From positions 79,546,001 through 79,610,000 of the forward strand of contig NC_135812.1 of the NCBI RefSeq assembly GCF_964213995.1: a stretch of 64,000 nucleotides of DNA, written 5' to 3'. The DNA is from Mustelus asterias. Its lineage: Eukaryota. The notes beneath the pieces are model-generated. The model was not told the DNA's origin and did no database searches. It saw only the letters and a list, made by a program, of their open reading frames with translations. Shown in pieces: positions 38,060 to 50,484 of the stretch (positions within the stretch are counted from its first letter, which is position 1; every line of letters begins with the position of its first letter). The position numbers were made by a program, and so were the translations under genes.

Positions 38060-40964
38060 AAGTTAACTGAAGTTCATTTATATTAAAAAAAACACTAATT
38101 GTATGTATGAAAGTGTCTATTGGAGTTCAATGTTCACAAATTATGGGTAATTAATGATTTCAATTCCTGTCATGGCTATTAATGTTGAACCAATCCGATA
38201 TCTGATACATAGTACTTCCTGGAACATGAAGCAGGGAAGGGCCTTTTAGGATTAATTGTAGTTTCACATCGAGAAAGTGGTGCAATGATTCAAAAACATT
38301 TGAGTTTCTTTTTTGATGGAAACTTTGGAAGCAGAAAGCTTGAAAAACTCAGAGAATGGGAAAGGCAAGGGAACACTATCACTGACCAATGCAAGTCAGC
38401 ATCACGTCCACTCTCTGTGATTGGTCAGATGCATGGATTGCTTGTGCAATGGCTGAGTTAAACAGCCATTTGCAAATGATAACAACAACAGCAACTGCAG
38501 TCCATATTGATCTATCTATCTTGCGAGCAGGCAGTAGCTTCATTACAAATCTGTCCATTGTATTTGGTACAGGGGAAAGGCAAATGGGGCAGGGACAGAA
38601 AAAAAAATCTTCAATAGGAAATTGAATTCTACCTGGGGGACGCCAACTTGCAAAGTCACTTTCTATGTTGACATTGAGTTTTACAGTAAAATAATACTTT
38701 GGTGTATACTGTGCTGTAATGTAATTAAAGGTGATCTGCATCATTCACCTTTTTCAAGCCAAAACCCTTTAAAGAGGGAATATGTGCCAAATCAAAGCTG
38801 ATTCTAAAGTTTAAATTTAAAATTTATATCTTGTAATGTACACTTGGCACATCAGATGTACAAGTTTCCAGTATCATTTCAAACATTATACAAGTTCAAA
38901 GATATCCCAATGCAGTTTACTTTTTTGTACAGTGTATTTACAAGCACTCATCACAATGAATGACTTACTCCACTGTTTCCATTTATTCAACACAAATATC
39001 CATCAAATACTTATTTTCAGGTGATTCTAAGGTGAAGTCTTCTCCAATGTAGTTTGACACACCTGATTGGTATGCTAGGGCAGTTCAGAGTGAACCAAAA
39101 TAGTGTGGGATTGGAGTCACATATAAACCAGCACTGGCTAAAGGAGGACTACCTGTTCATGCCAAGCAACATGAATGAATCAGCTGGATTTGTCCAATGG
39201 TCTAAAAATGTCATGCTCATGTTATGGCACTAGCTTACTTTTTAACTGAATTCAAATTCGCACAAAGTGGTGGTGGGATTTGAACTCATTAATTTTGAGT
39301 TACTACTTCAGTCTTCTGGATTAGCCAAAGCAGCCTGCTTGATTGGCACCCCATCCATCACTGACACACAATGGCACAATACACAAAATGCACTGCAGCA
39401 ACTCGCCAAGCCTCTGTTGGCTGCACAGTCCAAACCAGCAACCAGTACCACCGAGAAGTGCAAGCGTAGCAGTGGCAGGGGAGTTCCCCTCACTTCGTGC
39501 AAGTTCCCCTCCAAGCCCACAACATTCTAACTTGGAAATATTTTGGCAGTCATTCACTGTTGCTGGGTCAAAAATCTGGAAGTGCACCTACATTAGATGA
39601 ACCTCAGTGGTTCAAGAAGGCAGTAACATCACCTTCTCAGGGGAAATTAGGGATGGGCCTTGCCAGCAACATTCATAATCCATGGACGCTAGAGTCACTA
39701 CCATGGGTCTGGATGACCCTTCGTCAGAGCTCTGATGAAGCATCATCTGTTCTCTCTCCACAGATACTGTCAGACCTGCTGAGATTTTCCAGCATTTTCT
39801 AGTTTTGGAATCTTTGCTATTGCCATGTTCGTTGGTGTTCAACAATTTCTGATAACTTATCAACAAATTCTTTTACTCCTATGTCAGCTTTGACTCTGAA
39901 TGCCAAAAGGTTATTCAACATTGGGAGTTTTTCTAACTAAGTCTGATCCTGGTGAGTTCAACTTGTTGTCACTGGGTCTGCGATGGCCTGAATTGTGCCT
40001 TGTGGATGGTTCCCTATTAACTTTGATACTTTAGCCTTCATTACCTATCAGTGGACTGTTGAAGTTCCTTTTGTTTCAGGTAAGAGACCTGGTTCTTGAA
40101 ACACCAGCCATTGGCAACATCCTTCTGCGCTATTTTATATGTTTTCAATGAGATCACCTCTCATTCTTCTAAACTCCTGAGAATAAAAGCCCAGTCTATT
40201 TAATCTCCCTTTGTGGAACAATTTCATCACCCCAACAATCAGTCTGGTGAATCTGGTGTTGCACTCACTTTGTGGCAAATATATCTTTCCTTAGGTAAGA
40301 AGACCAAAACTGCGCACACTACTCCAGGTGTAGTCTCACCAAGGCTCTATATAATTGCAACAAGACATCATTGCTCTTACTCAAATCCTCCTGGAAATAT
40401 ATCGCCGTTCCTTCGCAGTCGCTGGGTCAAAATCCGGGAATTCCCTCCATAATGGCAATCTGAGTCAACCCACAGCACATGCACTGCAGCGTTTCAAGAA
40501 GGCAACTCAGCACGACCTTCTCAAGGGCAACTAGGGATTGGCAATAAATGGTGGCCAGCCAGCAACACCCATGTCCCACAAATGAATAAAAAAAATAAAG
40601 GCCAACATATCATTGCCTTCCTAATTGCTTGCTTCACCTGCATACTAGTTTTCGGTGACTTATGAACAAGGATACCCAGGTCCCATTGGACATCAACACT
40701 TCCCAATCACTCAGCATTTAAGCAATACTCGTTATTTCTGTTTTTCCTACCAAAGTGGATAACCTCACATGCCCCCACATAGTACTCCACCTGCCAAATG
40801 CTTGCTCTCTCCTCTTAGTGTCTCCAAATGTCCTTGAAGCATCTCTTCAAAACTCACACTTTTGTATCATCTAAAAAAATTTGGAAAGTTAAATGTAATC
40901 CCCCAGATCCAAATCAGTAATATAGATTCTGAATTTGATTTGATTTATTGTTGTCAATTTTTTT

Positions 40965-41277
40965 ATTCATTCATGGGACATGGGTGGTGCTGACTGGCCA
41001 ACATTTATTGCCCATCCCTAGTTGCCCTTAGAGGACAGTGGAGAGTCAACCGCATTATTGTGGCTCTGGAGTCACTTACCCAGACCGGGTAAGTATGGCA
41101 GATTTCCTTCCCTAAAGGACGTAAGTGAAGCAATGGTTTCACGGCCATCAGTATATTCTTAATTCCAGATTTTCTTTATTGAATTCAAATTCCACCAGGA
41201 TTCAAACCCGGGTCCCCAGAACATTAGCTGAGTTTCTGGATTAATAGTCGAGCAATAATACCACTAGGCCATCGCTC
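40965..41277 (-). mobile_element. Other shark SINE/LINE-tail repeat (copies also ~30440-30560, 39075-39325, 53130-53425)
   Basis: Recurrent gagtcaaccgcattg..ggagtcac..ggcagatttccttccctaaagg..gaattcaaattc motif. Confidence 0.6.
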
Positions 41278-41625
41278 CATGAATGTATTAGTATATAGTG
41301 AAAAGTATTGTTTCTTGCATGCTGGTTGGGACTGAAGTGCTGATCCTTTCTGTTCCCCCTGCCCCATTAGTTACAGCCTTCAACCTGAGAATGATTAATT
41401 TATTCCTACTCTCTGTTAAATTCTCAATTCATGTCAGTATATCACCCCAAATCACATGTGCTGTCTCTTCTACACTACTTTATCCCATCTCACGGTTTGG
41501 CAAAATTGAGTTTTCACTCCATCTAGTGTTTGAAACAGTTCCTTAACTGTGTTAAAAAAAACTCCCCTTGCTGGACTTAAAACTGATATCAAATTTCATT
41601 CGTAAAATCCCCTTACTTAAATGGT

Positions 41626-42095
41626 TTCAGAGAAAATGCATCGTTTGAAGTGCTTCTGTGCTGGGAGGGAAAGTTCGGTGACATCAGGCACATCTGGCTT
41701 TTTTCCTCTTCTTTGCCAACTCCCAACTCGCCAAATGTCCAATCATAGCGAAAGGGAAAGTTTAAAGGCGAGGGAAGAAAATGTGGAGCGCCAGTTGTTC
41801 CCTGTTTTTGCACTGAGTCGATTATAGGAACCAGAGATAACTTTTGTTCGCTGTTTGTTGTCAACACCAGCTAACAGGCGCTGGTAACTTTCCCAGATTG
41901 ATCAACAGATCGAGAGCCGACTGCCTCAACTCTCTCCCCGCAGATCCCAGCTTTCGGTTCCGAGTCCAGCGGTGTCCGGATCCCTGAAACACTCGCAGCA
42001 ATTGTCTAAGTGTGGGATTTTGTATGGTGATTTCTCTTGGGTTAGTTTGAACCCGTTGGACAGGTTGGATCTCTGCATTTTGCTGGGAACAAAAG
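41626..42095 (+). promoter_or_regulatory. Gene 3 promoter and non-coding exon 1 (GAS, NF-kB, ISRE-like motifs)
   Basis: TTCAGAGAA 41626-41634; GGGAAAGTTC 41667-41676; CCAAT 41739; GAAAGGGAAAGT 41750-41761; GGTAACTTTCCC 41883-41894; donor AAG/gtacag at 42096. Confidence 0.6.
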
Positions 42096-42532
42096 GTACA
42101 GTTTGACTTTCAGAAACTTTAAGAATTATTTTATTGACATTTGTGTAAAGCTAACGTCCCCAGCAATGCAAATGCATCTGATGTGAATTTGAATGCTTCA
42201 ACCATACATCCTCCCATGAAAGGCCGGACAAAATCTACACAAAGTGAATCAGGTTTGACTGAGATTACTGAGGGTTGGGAGACAGCAGGAAAACTGAAAT
42301 TGCCAGTTCTCTAGTTGGCTCTGGAACTTTGGGGGGGGGGGGGGGGGGAGGGGCAGACCACCGTCCTCAAATGATGTTAATGCCTGGGTCCCATTGCGCT
42401 CCCAGAACAAGTTTGTCTGCCGCTTTCTGACCCATTAACAGGACTTGATCTCTTGTGAAAAAAAAACTGCCTTGTGTTATTAGTGATGTTTTTCTATTAT
42501 ATTCATATTAGCAGGTGAACTGAATCCCGGTA

Positions 42533-45500
42533 ATGGATTTACACCGTACAATAATTTTCCTTAATGTCATCTTATGCAAAGATGCATTCTTTGCGCAAAG
42601 TAAGTACTGGAGTATTACTCAATTTATAGTTCATTGAACACCGATTATCACTGAGGCAATGTGAACTAATGGAAATTCTTGTTTTTCAGGCTTTGTGACA
42701 TTAGATTGTGAGGATGTAGTGACAGGAATATTGAATGAAGACACTAAACTAACATGCTCAATCCAATCAACAATAGTAAAAACATATGATCACGTTACAC
42801 TGAGCAAAATGGAAAAAAATGAAAAACGAACATCCGTGTTCAGCTTAAAAGCTGGTGCCAAACAACCTCATAATCGAATTATAATAATTCGTCCGGATTC
42901 AAATGATGTATCACTGTTAATCCAGAAAACACAACTGACAGATGAAGGGACTTATCAATATGATTTGGAAACAGTTTCTGGTCACAGGGATAAAGAAATC
43001 ACACTGAAGGTTAAAGGTGGGTAACAATATTCTTTCCCTGATATTCTCCCTTGTATTGGTTGCCTTTAATTAGCATCAAATTCTTATTTTATTCTCACAT
43101 CTAAAATCTTAACATGTGAGATAGGCAAAATGTAAGTTATAACCAGAGTCATGTTGAGAGAAGAAATCATGATTGTGCATTTCCAGAAAACCTTTCATAT
43201 CTTTGGAAATCTCAAAACATATTTTAGCCTTTGAAGTTAGCGGAGGATGCATTGATGATTTAGGTGACCACATTGTAAGGCAGGATAATCAGGATTTGCT
43301 TATTATAGAGGGAGTACAGCGAAGGGCTACCAGGCTGATTTCAAAGATGGCAGGTCTGTCATATGAGGAGAGACTAAGATGGTTAGGATTATATTCACTG
43401 GAGTTTAGAAAAGTGCGAGGATCTCATAGAAACTTATAAAATTGGCACAGTGGTTAGCACTGCTGCCTCACAGCACCAGGGACCTGGGTTCGATTCCTGG
43501 TTTGGGTCACTGTCGGTGTAGAGTCTGCACATTTTCACTGTGTCTGCGTGGGTTTTTTCCCCCAGTCCGAAAGATGTGCTGGTTAGGTGTATTGGCCATG
43601 CTAAATTCTCCCCAGTGTACCTGAACAGGTGCTGGAGTGTGGCGATTAGGGAATTTTCACAGTAACATCATTGCAGTGTTAATGTAAGCCTACTGGTGAC
43701 ACTAATAAATACACTTTTAAACTTTCTAACAGGGTTAGACAGGGTAGATTCAGAAAGAATGTTCCCATTGGTGGGGGAATCCAGAACTAGGGATAAGGGG
43801 TGAACCTTTTAGAAATGAGATGTGGAGAAATTTCTTCACCCAGAGAGTGGTGAATGTGTGGAATTCACTCCCACAGAATGTAATTGAGGCCACAACATTG
43901 TCTGATTTGAAGAAAAAATTAGATATAGCTCTGGGAGCAAGGGATACGGGAGGAAGGAGGGAATCAGGATATTGAATTTGATGATCAGCCATGGTCAAAA
44001 TGAATGGCGGAGCAGACTCGAAGGGCTGAATGGCCTACTCCTGCTTCTTGTTTCTATGTACTATGATTTGATGCACACCCACTAGTTACTATGTAATCAA
44101 ACTCAATATCCAGTCTATCGATACTAAATAAGCTTGATTCGCAGAGGTTGCAGATGTATTCTAGAAAAATATCCAAGATTTCTATACAAGCATATATTTG
44201 GCACAAAATGTAGAAAGAAAAGTGCAATAAAATCTGACTAATGAGTTTTGAATTGAAATATTAAGAATGCAGGCCAAAGTCATAAACTGACACCATTAAA
44301 TATTATCTCTTTCACACACTGTATCAAAGGTAATCTAAGTGTAAAGCTGATCTAAGTGTAATTAATTTATTGTGGTAAATCTGGGAATTACTATTTACTG
44401 AGAACTGTTGTTCTTTACTGGGTGCAGAAGAAGCATAAAAAACTGTTTTATATCATTTTACAGTGCTTTCTCATCACAATAATAACAGCATAATCATGTT
44501 TAGCTCCATACAGTTTGCCAAATGTGACCTCACTCTTGAATACTACAACAAGCACTATAAATCTAAATTGTGAAACAACTGGATACCCACAGGCACAGAT
44601 ACATTGGTTTGTCAATGGAAACCTCACATCTGAGTCTAATAGTTACAGTAATAAAACCCCAGCGGGACTGATGAAGATCACCAGCATACTTCAAACCAAT
44701 AAAGGGCGAATTACCTCGGAAGACAATTATACTTGTGCTGTGTGGAATATAGACGAGAATGTATATGAGGTCCAGGAACAGCTTTCGAGTAAGTTCATAG
44801 CACTTATTCTTCAAATCATTTCAACAAATAATTTTTTAAATTATTAATTTTAATGAATAATTAAAATTTTAAAACTTAAATTCATTCTATTTGCTCTCAA
44901 TATGTGAATAATGCCACAAGGCTCTATTTAATACCCATGATTATATCCTCTGAGAAGCTTGTGGATCGTTATAAACTGTTGCTGTCCTTTTCCTCAGAGT
45001 ATTATTTGAACGTCGACTTTGCTGTTGTCTTAGTCATGGAAGCATAGAAATAAGTTATGCATATTTATGCATATGAAGACTGATACTGGAATTAATAATT
45101 AATTAAATTGTTCCCCCCCCCCCCCCCCCCCCCCCCCCACATTTTCATTTTCAGACTTCGGTCCAACTCAACGAAGAATAAAGAGGAAGAAATCGAATCT
45201 CATCACTGTCTTTGTGATTATTGGAGTAGGTTTTCTTGCACTAGCAATCTTGGTGGTTTGGCAACTGCAGAAAACAAGTCAGCCAGGTATGATGATTATA
45301 GAAATGTTTCTGGCTCCTTTTAAAAGTTGTAATTATTGCAAGAATAATTACATAAGCTTCTGTTTAAAATATGTTTGCTCAGCCTTTGCACATGCCTAGA
45401 ATCTGGTAACCAATTCAATTATAGAACATAGAACCAGACAGCTCAGGAACAGGCCCTTCAGCCCACGATGTTATGCCCAACATGATGCCAAATTAATCTA

Positions 45501-47850
45501 ATACCTTCTGCCTGTCCTTAGTCCATATCCCTCTATGCCTTGCATATTCATGTGCTGATCTAAAAGCCCTAAAATGTCCCTCTCATATCCCTGAAGACAA
45601 TTATACCTGTGCTGTGTGGAATATAGATGAGAAAGAATATGAGGTCCAGGGACAGTTTCGGAGTAAGTTCATGGCACTTATTCTTCAAATAATTTCAACA
45701 AGTAATTTTTTTAATGACGGCGCGTTCCAGAAACCTACCACTCTCTGTGTAAAAAAGTTGCCCCTCAAATCTCCTTTGAACTTTCTCCCTCTCACCTTAT
45801 GTGCATGCCCCCTAGTATGAGGCATTTCAACTCTGGGAAGAAGATTCTGACTGTCAACCCTATCTATGCCTCTCAAAATTTTATAGACTTCTATCAGGTC
45901 TCCCCTCAGCCTCTGCTGCTCCAGAGACTATAGACTTATATACCAACTATATAAGTTCCAAAACTTAATAAAGATGACAGAATCTCAAATATCCTGAGCA
46001 GTTTCAGATTCTGTCTGCCATTCTAATTCACTAGCAAGCTCTTTGCTGAACTGCCGAACCAAATATCGTTATTGATCAGGAAAATGTTTGCTGATTAGTT
46101 TGCTCAGGAGACTTCGAGAGACAACTCAAGCTATGACTGTTGCCTAATGAGTTACAACCTTTAGATTTAGTTGGGTGATGAGCAGAGAGACAAGAAACAA
46201 ATCGTAATTTACATTTTTCTACCCCTCAATGAAGAAAAGCACAGATGAGGCAAACTGAACTGCTCTGGAGCACCTTCTATTGAGGCACATTCAGCAAGCA
46301 ACATTGGCAGAGGTGTGTGGAATAAGTTACCTTGGAGGTTCTCCACCCGCCAAGGGAGAGGTGAATGGATGAAGGAAAGGAAGGAAACAAACAAATAAAT
46401 CTTTAGTTGTGTGCACCTCTGGCAATGCTGGTATTTATTTTGGAGTAGTCATGAGTTGATGGTAGGCCATCCCCATTGCCTTGTAATACAATCAATAACT
46501 TGCTCAGCTCATTCAGAAAAAAGGCTGGGGCAACCATATGGGTGGGCTACTTGACTCAAGTAGAGGACTGTAGCTTTCCTTCCCACAAAACACTTTTCAG
46601 GACGTTGTTGTAAAAATGACTGAATTTTATTTATTAGCATCACAAGCTTACATTAACACTGCAATGAAGTTCCTATGAAAATCCCCTAGTCACTGCACTC
46701 TGGCGCCTGTTCATGTACACTGAGGGAGAATTTTGCCTGGCCAGTGCACCTAACTAGCACATCTTTCGGACTGTGGGAGCAAACCAGAGCACCCCGAGGA
46801 AACCCACGCAGACATGGGGAGAACGTGTAGACTCCACACAGACAGTGACCCAAGCCAGGTCCCTGGTGCTGTGAGGCAACAGTGCTGACCACTGTGCCAT
46901 CGTGCTGCCCATTCTTCAGGGTAGTGGTAGCAGCTTTTTTTTTTAAAGAAATATCTGAATTTGAATGCTCACTTTGTGATGGTGGGATTTGAACTCTCTT
47001 TTTGAATCACGAATCCAGACTTCTGTCTTACTAATTTGGTAACATAATCAGTACAATACTGTGCATTCCTCATCAAATCAGAGGGCTGAAATCTTATGTA
47101 CAGGATTGGTGATTGAACTTAATTTGGATCAATTTGGTTATGAAGTTTTTTTTATGGTTAGCTAAAGGAGTAGCAGAAATTGTTTGAATGGTCATTATGT
47201 GAGTATTGCATATAACAGTCAATATGATGGCAACTGTACTGAGATTACTGCCTTTATTATATTATTGGGTGGCACGGTGGCACAGTGGTTAGCACTGATG
47301 CCTCACAGCGCCAGGGACCCGGGTTCAATTCCCAGCTTGGGTCACTGTCAGTGTGGAGTTTGCACGTTCTCCCCGTGTCTGCGTGGTTTTCCTCTGGGTG
47401 CTCCGGTTTCCTCCCACAGTCCGAAAGACGTGCTGGTTAGGTGCATTGGCCATGCTAAATTCTCCCTCAGTGTACCCAAACAGGCACTGGAGTGAGGCAA
47501 CTAGGGCATTTCCACAGTAACTTCATTGCAGTGTTAATGTAAGCCTACTTGTGACTGATAAATAAAGAAATAAACTTTATATGTGATTCAGAGTTTTAGA
47601 AATATAAGAAATAATGAACAGCAAATTTTCAGAGCTGGGCAGGTTAATTCAAATCAAACATTATGTGCCTAAATAATGAATTAATTGTTGTTTTGTTTTT
47701 ATTTCAGCAGTTAGAAGTGCATGCAGAATCTCAATGGTAGGTATAATTACAAACGTTAGCCTATTTTTCAAAGTCTTGTGTCATTTGTTATCAATTAAGA
47801 TTTTTGTATTCTTTTAACAGATGTCAAGTGACCAGAGAACTGATGTTTAA
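42533..47850 (+). CDS. Gene 3: paralog of gene 2, B7-family / PD-L1-like protein, 289 aa
   Basis: Exons 42533-42599, 42690-43016 (IgV), 44504-44788 (IgC), 45155-45286 (TM), 47708-47736 (AVRSACRISM, NAGNAG acceptor), 47821-47850 (MSSDQRTDV*). Total 870 nt, open; leader, V and both tail exons have the same sizes as in gene 2. Confidence 0.88.
42690..43016 (+). CDS. Gene 3 IgV exon
   Basis: Same length as gene 2 V exon (327 nt); 17 amino-acid differences. Confidence 0.9.
43275..44066 (+). mobile_element. Degenerate CR1 3' fragment with nested V-SINE (43443-43725)
   Basis: EGVQRRATRLI...LSYEERL; ttctatgt tail. Confidence 0.8.
44504..44788 (+). CDS. Gene 3 IgC exon
   Basis: APY...LNCETTGYPQAQIHW...NYTCAVWN; /gtaagt donor. 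Confidence 0.9.
45155..45286 (+). CDS. Gene 3 stalk + transmembrane exon
   Basis: LITVFVIIGVGFLALAILVVW; CAG/gtatga donor. Confidence 0.87.
45421..45927 (-). mobile_element. CR1/HER1 3' fragment (hosts the orphan exon copy)
   Basis: atagaacatagaac tail; minus-strand MRGIDRVDSQ...TRGH...FFTQRVV. Confidence 0.85.
45593..45715 (+). pseudogene. Orphan copy of the 3' end of an IgC exon plus its donor and intron start, embedded in a LINE fragment
   Basis: Encodes EDNYTCAVWNIDEKEYEVQGQFR, then gtaagttcatggcacttattcttcaaat; homologous to 44719-44840. Confidence 0.85.
46625..46910 (-). mobile_element. V-SINE
   Basis: Reverse-complement pattern. Confidence 0.83.
47267..47580 (+). mobile_element. V-SINE
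   Basis: Full head, V-domain, tail. Confidence 0.87.
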
Positions 47851-48007
47851 CAGTAACTGTGGTGAAGCTTATCCGTGTCCCTGCGAATAAAGCAAGGTGA
47901 ATTGAAACTACACAGACTATTTCAGGCACTGTCACTTTCCACTTCAATGCGTATCTGGAAACTGAATTATTTTGGGTGCAGTTATTGCCCAGGATATTGC
48001 ATTAGTC

Positions 48008-49580
48008 TCGTTGGACGCCAGTTTTCACTGAGATAGAGCTTGTGCTGGTTCTGCTGGTGAGGATCACGGCTTGCGTGTCATCATGGAGTAGGCTGAGTGA
48101 CAAATTTGTGAGGGCAATAAAATTTGAGGAATATGCTCTATAAACTTTCATGGTCGAGAGAGAAAAAAGCCTTTCTGAGATCGAAAAAGACCATTCACAT
48201 CAGCTAGTACTGTTCCTTGCATTTTTCTGTGCAGTGTGTGTCACGTCATGCCTCCTGGTGGGTGAAAACCTCACTGCAACTGGAAGGAGCTTCCTGGACA
48301 CTGGGCAGAGGCAGTTAAGGAGGATCTTTGTAATTAACCTCCCTGTAGTAGTCTGCTGGGAAATCCCTCTATAGTTACTGGAAGTGAACTTGTCTCCCTT
48401 CTTTAATATAACACACAGTATTCCTGAGATCCCAAGCATGTGCTCTTCCTCCCAAATGAGGGACATGAAGGCTATGTTATTGCACCAACTCTTCTCTCCA
48501 TTTTCCTCACGCCAATATTTTACGTCCTGCAAATTACACAGAGGCATGGAGATAATCTACAGAACAGAGAGGAAACTATTCAACCTACGTTGCCTTCAAT
48601 CCAAATCCAAAACCACTCTATTATCTGTCATTGAGCATCAGTAAGAAGGTAATGCTTGCGTGTTGCTCATTCAGAAACTAAGCTCCAGGTCAATGTTTAT
48701 TCTCTGAAACATATGAGAAAATGGGTCTTTCACTAAAAACACGGAAAATTAAGGCCCTCTTCCAACCAGCTTTCAAGGCATAACACCTCCCCTCCATCGA
48801 TCAACAACAATGAAGGCAGACATGGACAATGAGATTCATCATTGACTCCAATATGCCAGATCAACTTTCCATCGACAGAGGAAAAGACTATTTAAGGACT
48901 CGGATCTTAAATCCAAGGTTAAGCCCATGGTTGACCAAGCAGCAGTGTTCCCTGTGCTGTGTGCTTTCGAGACTTGGACACCTTGCAGCAGATATTTCAA
49001 AGAACTGAAAAAATATCACTGTTGGTGCCTTCACAAATTACTCCAAATCCAGCAGCAAGTAAGGCAGTCCAACAGCAGTGTACCCTCCCAAACCAACTCA
49101 CCAAGCATCGAGGTGTGGGTCACTCAAAACAAGCTGAGTTGGCCAGGACATGACATTCATATATCTGACAGCAGATTCCTAAAGCAACTGCTGTACGCGG
49201 AACTCAGCCACAGTAGGATACTCCCCGGAGGACATCAGAAATACTTTAGGGCTAGTCTCAAAGCATACTTGAAGGGGGTCAAACACCCCTGCCAGCTCAC
49301 AGGAGACCCTAGCTTGTGACCAACTAAAATGTCGAAGATGCATTTGGGAAGGCATTGAATACATCGAGATACTTTGTCAGGAACAAAGGTGGCGTAGATG
49401 CATTGGAGGTGGTGCATAAACCCCCAGGCAACCCATCTAGTTGGCCCTTCAAGCACCACCTTCTCTCCATGTAGTAGAGTCTGCAGATTGTGCATCAGAT
49501 GGATCAGCCGTCTCAGAATGAATGGAACTGGAATGGAAGCAAATCTTCCTTTATCCTGAGGAATTGCCAAAGAAGAGAAG
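48008..49580 (+). mobile_element. RTE-clade LINE fragment with 5' inversion in gene 3 3' UTR region
   Basis: Minus 48465->48008: LIWEEE..KKGDK..NYRGIS..FDLRKAF..VKTGV. Plus 48468->: EGYVIAPTLLSIF..YRTERKLFNLRCLQSKSK..C-terminal Zn-finger relic and aagaagagaag tail. Confidence 0.8.
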
Positions 49581-50484
49581 ACACCTGACTGGCCTAATGT
49601 GATGAACTCTTCACTGTTTCCTCTGTAAGGAATCAATGCTACACATTGGTTGTCCACTGGCACATTTGGTAAAACACTAAACAGAAAACTGCACACAAGA
49701 GGGCTTGGCCCTCAATCTAACATGGTGCCTTTCAAAGAGTATCCCTGGTTCACAGCTGGATAGAATGTGGTTTTTGAGTGACATCACAGCACTCTGAAAA
49801 AGAAGAACATTATTAGCCCAGTTGTACATAATAAAATGTATTCCTGCTGGATGATTACAGAAATATTCCGAAGATGTTTCTCTGCTGGGGTTGTATTTCT
49901 CATTCAATTAAAAAGGAATTGCAGGCACTTACAATGAAAAACTGAAACTTTGCAAAGTTGTGAAAATTGGTCATTGACACACTAGTTACTGTAAATCACT
50001 ATAATGTAAAACAAATTGACCCATTTTATCCTCTAACAGGTTGCTTCATTACTTTATTCCATATCATAATCAGAGCCATTGATACAAGTGAATAAATGTA
50101 TCATTTTATTCTAAAAACTGGTTTGATTAAGATACCAGGTTTCATAGTTTGCTGCTAAACACAAATAAATACATTTTTAAAATGCAGTGATGATTTTTTA
50201 CCTTATCCTCATTTTATACAAAACAAAAATATTGCGCCTCATAAAGTTTAATAAGTAGCTTTCTTGTTTCAGCTGCTTTGTTCATTTGCTGATATTCTGG
50301 ACTGTTTCCATTCAATAAAGATATCTCTTTACTATTAATCCTCTGTAAATACTTAGACAAAGCTTATCACAAAGATCTTTGCAAGATAACAGTCTCCAAT
50401 TAAAGTTAAGGTTAAAATTTGCATCATTGCAAGTCAGTATTTTGTTAAAGACTGATATTCCTCTAATTTCCATGCATGGCAAAT

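Noticed and set aside
47267-47345. tRNA genes
   Set aside because: These A/B-box sequences are SINE heads continuing into the V-domain; no complete cloverleaf.
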